From contig NC_083227.1 in NCBI RefSeq assembly GCF_032191835.1, positions 18,972,001 through 19,036,000 on the forward strand: a stretch of 64,000 nucleotides of DNA, written 5' to 3'. The translations under genes were made by a program, and so were the position numbers. Below are positions 11,286-24,186 of the stretch, in pieces. The notes below the pieces were generated by a model that was given only the letters and a program-made list of their open reading frames with translations, had not been told where the DNA came from and searched no databases. Numbering within the stretch: the first letter of the stretch is position 1; every line of letters starts with the position of its first letter. This DNA is from Heteronotia binoei (taxonomy: Eukaryota).

Positions 11286-11775
11286 TAGAGTTGCCAAGTC
11301 CAATTCAAGAAATATCTGGGGACTTTGGGGGTGGAGCCAGGAGACTTTGGGGGTGGAGCCAGAAGCAAGGTTGTGACAAGCATAATTGAACTCCATAGGG
11401 AGTTCTGGCCATCACCTTTAAAGGGACTGCACACCTTTTAAATGCCTTCCTTCCATTGGAAATAATGGATAGGGGCATCTTCTTTGGGGGCTCATAGAAT
11501 TGGACCGCCTGTTTTTGAAACATAGACAGTATTCTGGGGATAGGCACTGAATGCTATGCTGAAAATTCAGTGCCTCTACCTCAAAAACAGCCCCTCCCCC
11601 AGAGCCCCAGAATCAATTCTCCATTATATTCTATGGCGAATCGGTCTCCGTAGGGAATAATGGAGTGCCCAGCAGACATTTCCCCCCCACCCTGACACTT
11701 TCTGATGACCTGAAGCAGGGGGAGGGCCTTCAAACCAGGGGATCCCCTGCCCCCACCTGGGGACTGGCAACACTA
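11286..11775. mobile_element. TAGGGTTGCCA-TIR MITE (hAT-Tip100/Zaphod-like)
   Basis: Termini tagagttgcca / tggcaacacta. The same internal sequence recurs at 33965-34682 and 37455-37946; shorter relatives at 13157-13350, 14985-15212, 16040-16238, 22388-22590, 33403-33652, 51582-51750. Confidence 0.65.
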
Positions 11776-11989
11776 CTTCAGAGGCAGACAAAGAATTCCC
11801 CCCACCAGCACTTGAGTCAAAAAAGGCTGCATGCCAATGCTCTGGAACAAAAGCATCTTTAAAGTGTTACCAGGCACTTTACATTATCTTTAAGGGCTAG
11901 ACACAAAGACCCCTCTGTAATTATTATCTTGTAAACTAAAACTTTGCAAGACTTGAACAATGCTGTTAATAATACAATGTTTTGGAGGT

Positions 11990-12725
11990 CACAAATAAAA
12001 AAGGCCAGCGCCATGCTGGGAATTATTAGGAAGGGAATTGAAAACAAATCAGCCAGCATCATAATGCCCCTGTATAAATCGATGGTGCAGTCTCATTTGG
12101 AGTACTGTGTACAATTCTGGTCACCACACCTCAAAAAAGATATAGCATTGGAAAAAGTCCAGAAAAGTGCAACTAGAATGATTAAAGGTATGGAACACTT
12201 TCCCTATGAAGAAAGGTTAAAACGCTTGGGGCTCTTTAGCTTGGAGAAACATCGACTGTGGGGTGACATGATGGAGGTTTACAAGATTATGCGTGGGATG
12301 GAGAAAGTAGAGAAAGAAGTACTTTTCTCCCTTTCTCACAATACAAGAACTCCTGGGCGTTCAATGAAATTGCTGAGAAGTTAGGTTAAAACGGATAAAA
12401 GGAAGTACCCAAAAGGGTGATTAACATGTTAATTCATTGCCACAGGAGGTGGTAGTGGCTACAAGCATAGCCAGCTTCAAGAGGGGACTGGATAAAAATA
12501 TGGAGCAGAGGTCCATCAGTGACTATTAGCCACAGTATATTATTGGAACTGTCTGGGGCAGTGATGCTCTGTATTCTTGGTGCGGGGGGGGGGGGGGACA
12601 AAGTGGAAGGGCTTCTAGACCCACTTGTGAACCTCCTGATGGTGCTTGGTTTTTTGTTTTTGGCCACCATGTGACATGGACTGGATGGGCCATTGGCCTG
12701 ATCCAACATGGCTTCTCTTATGTTC
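11990..12725 (+). mobile_element. CR1 LINE 3' fragment, family B
   Basis: ORF 11944-12384 contains AMLGIIRKGIENKSASIIMPLYKSMVQSHLEYCVQFWSPHLKKDI...ERLKRLGLFSLEK, a CR1 ORF2 C-terminus. Confidence 0.9.
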
Positions 12726-13439
12726 ATCGATCCATAGGGCTGCCCTCTTGTTGGAAGCAGGTGACTGCACATCACACACACAAATTATAAATACTGTATC
12801 AACGCAGATCTCTTATGAGAGGAAGGTACCTGATTCAGCAACCTTGCCAAAGTTCAACAGGCCTGGCTCTGGTGAATGGGGGGGGGGGAGGGGAGAGACT
12901 CCACATGTGCCACCTTGAGTTTCATAATAGAAGCACAATGGGATAGAAATGTGCTTACTGCTGACCTAGGAGGAGCTCTGCTAGATCAGACCAAGGGCAC
13001 ACTGGATCCAGCATGCTGTTTCCCACAGTGAGAAACCAAATGTCTGGGAAGGCTTATATAGCCTGACCGGCCCAAACTTTCACCTGCTATTGCCCCTTCA
13101 CCAGCTGGCATCCAGAGGAACAGTGCCTCTGAAATGGGAGGGTCTATCTATGGCATTACCAGCCTCCAGGTGGGGCCTGGGGATCTCTCCAGCTGGCAGA
13201 GATCAACTCCCCTGGAGAAAATGGCTGCTGTGAAGGGTGGGCTCTATAGCATCGTACCCTGCTGAAGCCCCTCCCCTCCCCAAACCCTGCCCTTTCCTGG
13301 CTCCACCCAAAAGTCTCCAGGTATTTTCCAACCCAGATCTGGCAACTCTATTTATCTAGCTCCCTAGCTAACAGTCATTGAGGGATTCATCCTCCTCCCT
13401 TTTCAAAGTCAAGCTTGTGGACATCCTGTGGCAGTGCGT

Positions 13440-14230
13440 TCCAAGGGTCAAGTACGCATTACGTCCTTACCAGCTTGGCAGCTTCTCTGCTCCTTTTAAA
13501 GACAGTCTGTAACGCGCTACCTAACACTGAAAGGGGCTTGCGGCAAGATTGCATTGGGAGCGGGGTTGCACCGAGCTGGGGTATAGTTTGCAAACCCAAA
13601 GGAGACAGTCCTTCCTCCGCCTTTCTCACCTCTTCAGCAGTTCGTCTCCCCGCTTTCTCGTTCCTGCAGCTTCCGAAGACCTTCCCCGCCCGCCTTCGTC
13701 GCCTTCAATGTCAAAACGCCGAAAAAGCTTTGCACTCCGCCTGGATTAAATCCCAACTAGCAAACATTCCCCCCGGTTTCCTTACTCGGAGTTTTAAAGC
13801 CGGATTCATCCAGGAGCATGCATTAATTTTTCGGGTTTTTTAAGGGAGCGAGAAAAGAAAATCCAATCTTTTAATTCCTCCTTCTGAACGCAGCGGAATA
13901 GTTAATCCGCATTAAGTGATGCCCAACATACATGCACTCCCCCCGCACACACGCATATAAACACACACGCACAAAAGGGTGGGAGGGAAACGGCTTGTAA
14001 ATTTAAAGATCCGGATTAAGCGTTTTGGGAAAACTGCATTTCAGGAAGCTCAGCCTCCCCTTTCTTGCTTATTCAGGCGGCTTTTGCTTTGTTTTCCGCT
14101 TCCTATCATGTGACCGAAGCAAAGCCAGAAGCCGGGCAAAGCAAGCGCTACCAAGTCGCTGCCCGAGAACATGGATGGCTGGAGGGCCGCAGCAAGCCCT
14201 CCCTCTGCCAACCAACTCATTGGACTTTGC
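13440..14230 (-). promoter_or_regulatory. CpG-rich promoter and non-coding first-exon candidate for gene A
   Basis: Local CpG enrichment; minus-strand donors gag|gtgaga (exon end 13630) and ctg|gtaagg (13471); E-box atcatgtgac at 14105-14114. Confidence 0.55.
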
Positions 14231-15589
14231 TTTAATTCACACAAGTGAGGAGCCGCTTTCAGGGCTGCCAGCCTTTGCAATGCCCCTGCCAACTCCTCCT
14301 AAGACAACAGAACAGATTGAGCAGCAGTTAGGGGGAAAGGGGAAATGTTCAGTTCTGCAGTTGATCACAGTGGACTGTTGTTCTGTCTGATGGATCCAGG
14401 TGGGCAGCCGTGTCGGTCTGAAGCAGTAGAACAAAGAAAGAGTCCAGTAGCACCTTTAAGGCCAACAAAGTTTTATTCAGAATGTAACCTTTGTGTGTTC
14501 TAAGCAGACTTCATCAGACAGTAGGATGGAATGGCAAGCAGTCCTAAATATAGAGAAAGCGGGCAGTGAGCTAGTAGGCAGAGTCATGGAAATGTTTTTT
14601 AGCAGATTAAAAGAGTCACAAATTGGGGTCTGGTGCTTGTTAGTTTATGTTAACTGGGCTGAAACAACAATTAAGTTGGAATAGCAGATTGATGTCCATT
14701 ACGGATCCTGGGTGTGAAGTGCAATAAATGAGAGTCTGTTGTAATGTTAGCTCTGGGTTAAAACGAGGGCATAGGTTTCTCAGAGGTTTGATTTAAACAT
14801 GCAACACACATATAAACATAATTCTAGTTCGCCATTAGAAAAAAAGAATACATTAAAATATAGTGGAAGATGGGTTCGTATATGTAACGAGATAAACAGC
14901 CAGTATCCCTATTTGAGTATGTCAATACAAAAAACATTGCTTTGCTCATGTCTAGGGGAGTTCTTCTGGATCAAAACGGGCACATAGGGTTGCCAGCCCC
15001 CAGGTGGGGCCTGGTTATCTTCCATTTTTACGACTGATCTCCCAACTTGCAGACGGCAGCTCCCCTGGAGAAAATGGCTGTTTTGAAGGGTGGACTCTAC
15101 GGCAATGCAGCAGGCTGAGACCCCTCCCCCTCCCCAAACCCCACTTGTTCCTGGATCCACCCCCAAAATCTCCAGATATTTTTCCACACAGACCTGGCAA
15201 GTAGCAACCCTAGTGGTGCAGGTTCACCTTGGTATTGGTGAACCTAAGAACATAAGAGAAGTCGTGTTGGATCAGGACAATGGCCCATCCAGTCCAGCAC
15301 TCTGTGTCACACAGTGGCCAAAACCCAGCTGCCATCAGGAGGTCCATTAGTCGGCCAGGTGTATTTATGAATGCTTGTTCCACCTGCATTTCAGCATAAA
15401 TTTGAATAAAAGCATAAGAAAATTGCAGCTAAAACGTGGCTCATAAAGTTACCAGCTCTGGGTTGGGAAATACCTGGAGATTTTGGGGGTGGAGCCTGAG
15501 TAGGGCAGGGTGAGGGGAAGGACCTCAGTAGGGCATAATACTATAAAATCCACCTTCCGAAGGCACAATTTCCAACAGTCTGTGGTAAT

Positions 15590-15771
15590 CAGTGTTCGCT
15601 CTGAGTTAGCATGAGCTAGCTTACAGATTTTTAGCCTCCAGCTCACAGATTTTTGTCTTAGCTCAGGAAGGATGACCCCAGAGCATGATAATTTATGCAG
15701 TAGCTCACATCTTTAATGCCAGTAGCTCACTGGCATTGCTCATAAAACTCTGCAGCTTAGAGGGAACATTG
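15590..15771. mobile_element. hAT MITE, CAGTGTTCCCTCTAA TIR family
   Basis: Perfect 8-bp TSD gtggtaat (15582-15589, 15772-15779). Second copy 16537-16754 has TSD gctgcaag/actgcaag. Confidence 0.8.
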
Positions 15772-16789
15772 GTGGTAATCCCGAGATCTTCAGCTACCGC
15801 TTGGAGGTTGGCAACACTACAACATGCTGTGATTTGAGAGGTCTTGGACTTCAAGCATAGGTTCTCAGGAAGCTGAATTATGTTCCACAAGCTTAGTTTT
15901 TTCTATGCTTTTGTGAAAAGTATGGCTTCCAAACCTCCGTAGTTAATGAACCCTAGTTTAGCTGAGCTATCAAATCTCCTTTTCGTTATCTTTAAAAGCC
16001 AAGAGGACTTAAGAATTCTTCCTGAAGATGCATGGAAAATGGGGTTGCCAGCCTCCATGTAGGGCCTGGAGATCTCCTGCTTCTACAACTGATCTCCAGC
16101 TGGCAGAGATCAGCTCCCCTGGAGAAAATGGCATGGCACTGAACCATGCTGAGGCCCCTCCCCTCCCTAAACCCCACCCTCTCCCAGCTCCATCCCCAAA
16201 GTCTCCAGGTATTTTCCAACACAGATCTGGCAACCCTACAAGACCAACAAGTCCCGTGGCACCTTTAAGAGCAACAAAGTTTAATTCTGGGTGGAAGCTT
16301 TCCTGTGTGTGCACTTCATTCTGACAAAGGCTTCTACCCAGAATTAAACTTTGTTGCTCTTAAAGGTGCCACTGGACTCAAAACTTTGTCCTTCTGCTCC
16401 AGACCATTACGGCTACCCCCTTGAATCAAAGTGCTTCCGTAGGGCGGCTCCTTTAATCAAATTGCTCTGCTCCTGATCTCAGTCCAGTAGGGGAAGGGGA
16501 GAAGACCAGGGGACTTCAGGCAGGATCTGCTGCAAGCAGTGTTCCCTCTAAACTGAGTTAGCCTGAGCTAGCTCACAGATTTTTAGCCTCCAGCTCGCAC
16601 ATTTTTTGTCTTAGCTCAGGAAGGATGATCCCAGAGCACACTAATTTATGCAGGAGCCCACAACTTAAATGCCAGCAGCTCATAACTTTAATGCCAGTAG
16701 CTCACAAAGTAGATTTTTTTGCTCACAAGACTCTGCAGTTTAGAAGGAACATCGACTGCAAGGCAGACAGATCTCTTTGCACAGTTCCC

Positions 16790-17600
16790 TTTTCTCCTCC
16801 TCCTTCGCTCTCCCGTTCTATCTTTACTCACCCGATCTATATAAGCTTTGCATAGAAACCTCGGCAGCCCCCCAACCCGCTCCCCCAAGCTTTTAGAGTC
16901 CCCTCTCCCTTTAACTCCTTGAGCACCCCTCCAGACGCCAATATATTGGAAGGAGTGACAGGGCAGGACGGTGGTGGTCGTGGTATTCTCCGGCTTTGCA
17001 GACAGTTGCTGCTTCCGAGATAAGGCGAGTTCGAATCCCTCCACACCCGATGATCAAAATTCTATTTCAGTTTACTATGCTTCTATGGGGAAGGCAATGG
17101 CAAACCACCCCGTAAAAAGCCTGCCGTGAAAACGTTGTGAAAGCAACGTCACCCCAGAGTCGAAAACGACTGGTGCTTCCACAGGGGACTACCTTTAGCT
17201 TTTTTTACTATGCTTCTAGTGGATTTTTCACCCCAGAAGGAGGAGGCGTGCAAGGGTTTCAAAATAACTCATTTAGATATATCCTTCGCGGGATTACGCC
17301 AATCTAGTATTACAGCGTCTCCCCCACCCCCAATAGGCGTCCCATCATTTCCCCGTCTTTCCTCCCCCGGAAGACGCGTACAGCATCCTGCCTCCTCCGA
17401 GTCCTTCCCCATCCATCGCTCAGATCTCCGATTGGTAAGGGCTGTAGCTTTTCCCAAAAGAGCGGAAGGTCGGAGCAAGCGAGCACCCAGAATTTACCCC
17501 GGGAGGCGGCACTGGGAGGATGGAATTGAATCCTATACAAAACTTTCAACAGTTAGCAAGAACCAAAGATCGGTGGGCTTGATCTGATCTGAATGCTTAG
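16790..17600. promoter_or_regulatory. Orphan CpG-rich region with divergent splice donors (bidirectional promoter candidate)
   Basis: CpG retention; minus donor cgg|gtgagt (exon end 16832) and plus donor ttg|gtaagg (exon end 17434); CCAAT motifs. Interrupted by a Sauria SINE 3' piece at ~17085-17200. Confidence 0.4.
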
Positions 17601-18477
17601 CCCACGGGTGTAAAGGAAACAACGGGATCTAGCTGGGCGGAGGCTCAAGCTTTGTTTCAGAGATCCCTTTAAACCATTACAATTGCCAACTCCAGGTTGG
17701 GAAATTCCTGGGTAGAGTGGGATATAATGCCATAGAGCTCACCCACCAAAGCAGCCATTTTCTTCCTCCTCAAAGGATTAAGCCAGACCTACCCCACCTT
17801 CAAAATACAGGGAAGGGGGATACCCGGTTATTCCGCATAGCAATAACTGTATCTCTATAGAAACGGAACATTTGAGGGAATGGAAATTAACACTATCCCA
17901 ATTTACTGTGCCTCAGTCTTCTAGGGCCAAGTCATTTGGTTATGCCCATAGCTACAAAGAATGTTCTCACACTGTCCTTAAGGAACCCTTTTATAGGGCA
18001 TTTCAAATTGTGACTGGATTAATAAAGGCTTTCGAATCTGTAATCTTCGCAGCAGCCCTTTAGAAGCCTCCGGATGAAAGGACCTATAGCTGCCAAGTCC
18101 CCCCCTCCCCCGCCAGAAATGGCGATGCCCTTGGCTCTAGGTATGTGAATATTCCTTAGGTTAATGAATGGGACTGGGAAAATAATCATAGAGTTGGAAG
18201 GGACCTCCAGGGTCATCTAGTCCAACCCCCTGCACATTGCAGGAAATTCACAAATACTGCCCCCTGAATTCACAGGATCCTCATTGCTGTCAGATGGCCA
18301 TCTAGCCTCTGTTTAAAAACCTCCAAGGAAGGAGAGCCCACCACCTCCTGAGTGGTAAATAGCGGTAAATAGGCGGCCTTGATTCACTGACCTAAAGCGT
18401 TCTGCGCAGATGAGCAAGCTGAACCAACAGCCAGCCCCAAGAATTGCCACAAGCAGTAAGCACCCAGCTGCAAACAG

Positions 18478-19570
18478 TATTGTGTTCATTTTGGGGCACT
18501 ACAATTTAAGAAAGATACAGACAAGCTGGAACAGATCCAGAGGAGGGCGATGAAGATGGTGAGGGGTCTGGAGACCAAGTCCTATGAAGAAAGGTTGAAG
18601 ATTGAAGTAGACAAAGAAGTACTTTTCTCCCTTTCTCACAATACAAGAACTCGTGGGCATTCAATGAAATTGCTGAGCAGTCAGGTTAAAACGGATAAAA
18701 GGAAGTACTTCTTCACCCAAAGGGTGATTAACGTGGAATTCACTGCCACAGGAGGTGGTGGCGGCTACAAGCATAGCCAGCTTTAAGAGGGGATTGGATA
18801 AAAATATGGAGCAGAGGTCCATCNNNNNNNNNNNNNNNNNNNNNNNNNNNNNNNNNNNNNNNNNNNNNNNNNNNNNNNNNNNNNNNNNNNNNNNNNNNNN
18901 NNNNNNNNNNNNNNNNNNNNNNNNNNNNNNNNNNNNNNNNNNNNNNNNNNNNACAGTGTTGGAGTGGATGGGCCATTGGCCTGATCCAACATGGCTTCTC
19001 TTATGTTCTTATGAGCTGTGTATGTTTAACCTGGAGAGGAGGCAGCTGAGAGGTGATATGATCACCATGTTCAAGTAATTGAAGGGCTGTCATATAGAGG
19101 ATTGTGCGGAGTTGTTTTGTTGCCCCAGAAGGTCAGATCAGAACCAACAGGTTGAAATTAGTGTTTTCGACTAAACGTAAGGACTTCCTGACAGAATGAT
19201 TCCTCAGTGGAACAGGCTTCCTCGGGAGGTAGCAGGCTCTCCTTTGGAAGTTTTTAAACAGAGGCTAGATGGCTCTCTGACAGACAGCAATGCTGATTCT
19301 GTGAACTTGGGCAGATCATGGGAGGGCGGGCTGGAGGGGTTGCATCAGTGCTTAGCTCTTGTGGCCCTTTCTTGCACACCTAGGGAAATGTTGTACATCA
19401 CTTGGGGGTCAGGTAGAGATTTTTCTCCAGGCCAGTTTGGCCAGGGATCATGGAGGGGTGTTTTGCAGTCTTCTGGGCACGGAGCAGGGTGTGTGTGAGA
19501 GGAAATTACTTGTGAATTTCCTGCATTGTGCAGGGGATTGGACTAGATGACCCTGGAGGTCTCTTCCAAC
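18478..19570 (+). mobile_element. CR1 family A fragment interrupted by a CR1 family B fragment (18601-19012)
   Basis: gaaaggttgaag (ends 18600) rejoins gagctgtgtatgtttaacctggagagg (19013), restoring ERLKELxMFNLERR; the insert ends in ggcttctcttatgttcttat. Confidence 0.8.
18824..18952. other. Assembly gap (129 N)
   Basis: Run of n inside the CR1-B 3' UTR. Confidence 1.
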
Positions 19571-19808
19571 CGTGATTTGTAGAGAGGAGACATGGCTTGC
19601 TGGGAAGGCCTCTGCTTAGTATGCAGAAGGTTCCAGGTGCAATCTTTGCTATGCTAAGGTAAAAGGATCAGGTGGCAAGTGATGTTAAAGAACCCCTGCT
19701 GGTGAACCAGGAGAGCCACTTTCATTCTAAGAGGATGACTGTGCTTTTGATGCACCAGGGTAGCTTTCTGTGCTCATGTACTTACTGATTACCATGTTTG
19801 TTTCCAGT

Positions 19809-20115
19809 GGGGGAAAGAGCCCCGTGGCGCAGAGTGTTAAAGCTGCAGTACTGCAGTCCTATGCTCTGCTCACAGCCTGAGTTCGATCCCTGGCAGAAGC
19901 TGGGTTTCAGGCAGCAGGCTCGCTGTTGACTCAGCCTTCCATCCTTCCAAGGTTGGTAAAATGAATACCCAGCTTGCTGGGGGGAAAGTGTAGATGACTG
20001 GGGAAGGCAATGGCAAACCACCCTGTAAAAAGTCTGGCATGAAAACATTGTGAAAGCAACATCATCCCAGAATCAGAAACGACTGGTGCTTGCACAGGGG
20101 ACTTTTCCTTTCCTT
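19809..20115 (+). mobile_element. Sauria SINE
   Basis: tRNA-like head (tggcgcagagtg A-box, gagttcgatccc B-box) and (ACCTTT)-like tail. Confidence 0.8.
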
Positions 20116-21829
20116 CCAGGCAAATAGAGAGCGCTGCCTCATTCAGGCAGGTGACAGATTCTGAGTCCATGTGATGGAAAGTAATAAAAGCTAGTAAGTT
20201 AAACATGCATTTTCCCTTACAGAGGGTACTGTAGGTAGAGGATCCTAATGTCCAGCAACAGACACTTACAGATGTTCCTTTTCCTTAACAGTCAGCCTTT
20301 GAGGCTCAGTTGAGAGCTATGGAGGACAAAATGGTTAGAGCCGCCAAACAACCGGAGAGACTGAAGTGGGGTGGTCAAAACCAATAATGACTATAGTTTT
20401 GTACAGTTAAATTTTATGCTGTTCTTTTTTGAATTTTGTTGTTTAATAATAAAAAATTCAACCAGTGTTGTTTTCTGATTGACATGAGAGAAATATTCCT
20501 CAAGATGCATGGACCTCAACTGGGCAAACACATCTCTTGCACCTTTCCAGTGAATCCTTAATAAGACTTCCTCCAGTCAAAGCCTGTTTCTATCAGGAGA
20601 ATTTGATAGGTGAAACTCTGCCTTTTTAGATGAGCCCAACAGGTCAGATATTTTCTTTCACTCAGTGGGCAACCAGCTGCCCTCAAAAAAGCCCACAGGG
20701 CAGGACTACAGAGGCCAAAATGTCTCCTTGCTATCCCCCGGCCATCAGTAAGCACACTGCCTCTGAACATGGAGGTTCCGTCATAATCAATACCTATGGG
20801 GGTCATTTTGTAGAAAAAGAGGTGCTGGAACTCATTTGCACATGCCACACACCCCTGACATCACCGGACAGTGTACTAAATTATATCACCTCAGCATCTA
20901 CCCTAAAATACTTCTTGAATTATAATTGGCATAAAACCTTGCTCCCATCAGACTTTTAAAATTACTTTCTCCTATATGGCCACAGTGGCATGATGAAGAT
21001 TTCCATCTGTCTGCTTTATACGTTTTGATTATTTTCCCATTTTTTTGTGTGGGGGGGGGGAAATACCAGAAAATTTGTCAAATCTTAAGAGTTTGGCAAA
21101 ATTCTCACAGGGGGTTTGAATAATGAAGCCCAGAAGCAAGTATTTTGGGGGAGCAGGTAAGAAAAAAAGAGCACAATAAAATTTAGAGGTTCCAGAGCTC
21201 TGCTCCTGTGAGCTCCTGCCCAAAATGAGGCCTGTATTATCCTCAAGCCAGGCAATCTACAGGGGCCCTCCTGCAATTTCCCCCACCCCACCCCATCATG
21301 CTGGTTAAACTCAAAACAGGTAGCCTAGAGGGAGAAATACTAGGTTTGCATCTTTCTTCTGCTCTGTGTTTTAAGGATGAAATGTCTGTATGCAGCAGCT
21401 AGAGAGATGCGGGGGCCAAAGCCTTTCTAGAATGCCCCCTAGGGTTGTCAGGTACTTCCTTGCAACCAGCAGGGGATTGGGAGGGGCGGGGTACAGTTGC
21501 CAGATCAGGTGGGAAAACTCCTGGAGACTTGGGGAGGACAGGGACCTTTGGGGGGGGGGGTAGGTACAATGCCATAGAGTCCACCCTCCAAAGCTGCCAT
21601 TTTCTCCAGGGGAACTGATCTCTGTAGTCTAGAAATCAGATGTAATTCCAGGGGATCCCCAGGAATTACACCTGAAGGATGGCATCCCTAATTCTGATCT
21701 GCTCCATTTAAGTGTGCAGAGTGGACTGGCTGTGGTTCCTCAGCAGCGAGAGGGGAAGCACTCTGCACATTCTCAGGGACAATCCCATCTGCATTAGTAT
21801 TGAACCCTATCTTTGCAGACCTGTGTCTT

Positions 21830-22221
21830 GAGTTAAGGATGATTACGCGGAGGGGGCGAAAGCCTAGCCCCAGCCCCAGCCCCACCCGTACAAGCGAAAC
21901 GCTTTTCTCGCTATTCCCCAATGACCGGCTCTCGCACCTCCACCCTGCTCCAGCAATGCAAAGAGTTGGCTTTCCCGCTACTCTGTCACATGACGGGAAG
22001 CGGAAAAAAGTAACAAGTCTTTAAATGATCCCCCCATGAAATTGCAAAAGAACGCGGGTTCCGTTGCCTGGAAAAAAATGCATTAAAGAAATCCCTTTTT
22101 CTTTGGCTGCGCGTTTAGACCGGCGCGGGCGGAATCCGATCTGATGGAAACGGATGAGACGATCACGGAGCCAAAAGGGATCTTCCGGCTGGGCCAGGGG
22201 ACCGCTGAGCTTTGCTCCCAG
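21830..22221 (+). promoter_or_regulatory. CpG-rich promoter and non-coding first exon of gene B
   Basis: CpG cluster; gtcacatgac (21985-21994); ETS-type ggaagcggaa (21996-22005); donor cag|gtaagg after 22221. Confidence 0.65.
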
Positions 22222-24186
22222 GTAAGGCAGAAGGCGGGGAATAGGGATGGTGGTGCTGCTATCCCATCCCTGGTCTGTCTTGGGATTCTGTTCTTAACAA
22301 TCCTGTGAGGTAGTGTAGGCTAAGAAAGAGCGACTGGCTGCCTGGAAGTCCCCCTATGGCGTTGTAGGGATTGAATCCCACGTCCGCTAGGGTTGCCAGC
22401 CTCCAGGTAGGGCCTGGAGACCTCCCGCTTTCACAATAGATCTCCACCTGACAGAGATCAGCTGTCCTGGAGAAAATGGCAGCTTTGAAGGGTGGACTCT
22501 GTAGTATTGCACCATGTTGAGGCCCCTCCCCTCCCCAAACCCTCTCTTGGATCCACCCCCAAAGTCTCCAGGTATTTTCCAACACAGACCTGATAGCCCC
22601 ACACGTCCCTTCTGCGCAAGCCGAAGGGGCTTCCACATTCTCTCTTTCAAAAGTTAATTTTAAAAGCTTTTCCACGCTTTTTTGGAGGGGAGGGGAGGAC
22701 TTTGAATTGGTGACTACAGCAACAGCATTAAGAACATAAGAGCATAAGAGAAGCCACGTTGGATCAGGCCAATGGCCCATCCAGTCCAACACTCTGTATC
22801 ACACAGTGGCCAAAAATTTATATATATATATACACACACACACATACTGTGGCTAATAGCCACTGATGGACCTCTGCTCCATATTTTTATCTAACCCCAT
22901 TGCAGATGCTTCTATGGTTTTCTATGCATCAAATTAGATGCTTTCTTTATGGTTTCCTCCCACTACCACTACACCACATAGCAGGTGTATGTAGGGGGAG
23001 GTGTTTGTGAGTTTCCTGCATTGGGCAGGGGGTTGGACTAGATGACCCTAGAGGTCCCTTCCAACTCTATGATTCTACATAGCAGTTTTCTTTGTGACTA
23101 GCTGCAATGAAGAACAGACCTCTCAGTTTGCGTGGTCATTTCTGTGTCTGGAACTACCTGAGCTGGAACTATGCGAGCTTCCAGGTCACCAACCTGGAAC
23201 AGGCACCTCAGCAAGTTAAAAATGATGGTGGACTTGCACAGGTTATTAAATGCCAGCTCTCTGAATGTCAAAAATATATTAAAAGACTTTTTGAGAAGTA
23301 CTTCTTTCACCCTTTTACTCCAGTGCTCAGTGATGAAGGAAAAGCATCATGTATATGCTCAGAGACATTTGGATTATATATTGTTACTTCTCAGACAGTG
23401 TGAGGGAAAATCTTTCTCTTCTTGAAATTCTGGCAAAAGTAGACAATATTGAAATATGTAGGCCAAAGTTTTGACTGGGTATTTGTTAAATCGACTTTTT
23501 TTGTAGCAGGAACTCCTTTGCATATTAGGCTACACTCCCCCTGATGTAGCTAATCCTCCTGGAGCGTACAGTAGGCCTTGTACTAAAAGCCTTGTATGCT
23601 CTTGGAAGATTGGCTACAGCAGGGGTGTGTGGCCTAATATGCAAAAAAAGCCCTGGATCTCCCTAAGGTAACTATGATTAAAAAAATAAATCATGCAATC
23701 ATTTAAAAAATAAGAATCATCAATATTACAATGAGACATTAAAAACAAACCAAGGATATAAAAACAGCATGAATGCCATAAAACAGTATCTACAAATGAT
23801 CAAAAGCTAATCACTAGACTGTACACATTAATAAAGATTCAAAATGTAATTACGTGTGTTCAAGGAAAATCCCAAAGACAAAAATATGCAAGTGTTAACA
23901 TATTTTTTTGAACAAACATGTTAGGCAGGCCATGAAAACAACTAACAATGGAACTGCTTAGTTAAAAATCTGGATGAAAAGAAGTGTTTTGGTCTAGTGT
24001 CTAAAAGAACATCAGGTGAGCCTCAAGTGGGGAGAACATTCCAGGGTACGGTGCCACCCCTAAAAAGGCCCCATCTGTGGTTACCATGTACCTTAACTGT
24101 GCAGGCATGGAATGGTCAGCTTCCCTAAGCATACCTAGCCAAATTGGTTTTCTCTTCCAGTGTCTTATGTGTATTCAGGAGTGAAA

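Noticed and set aside
18740-19078. ORFs containing X runs
   Set aside because: Artefacts of the 129-N assembly gap within CR1 sequence.
20558-23425. Short ORFs at 20630-20959 and 23098-23425 (one with a VTSC motif faintly like hAT dimerisation domains)
   Set aside because: No convincing domain match, splice support or TIRs by eye.
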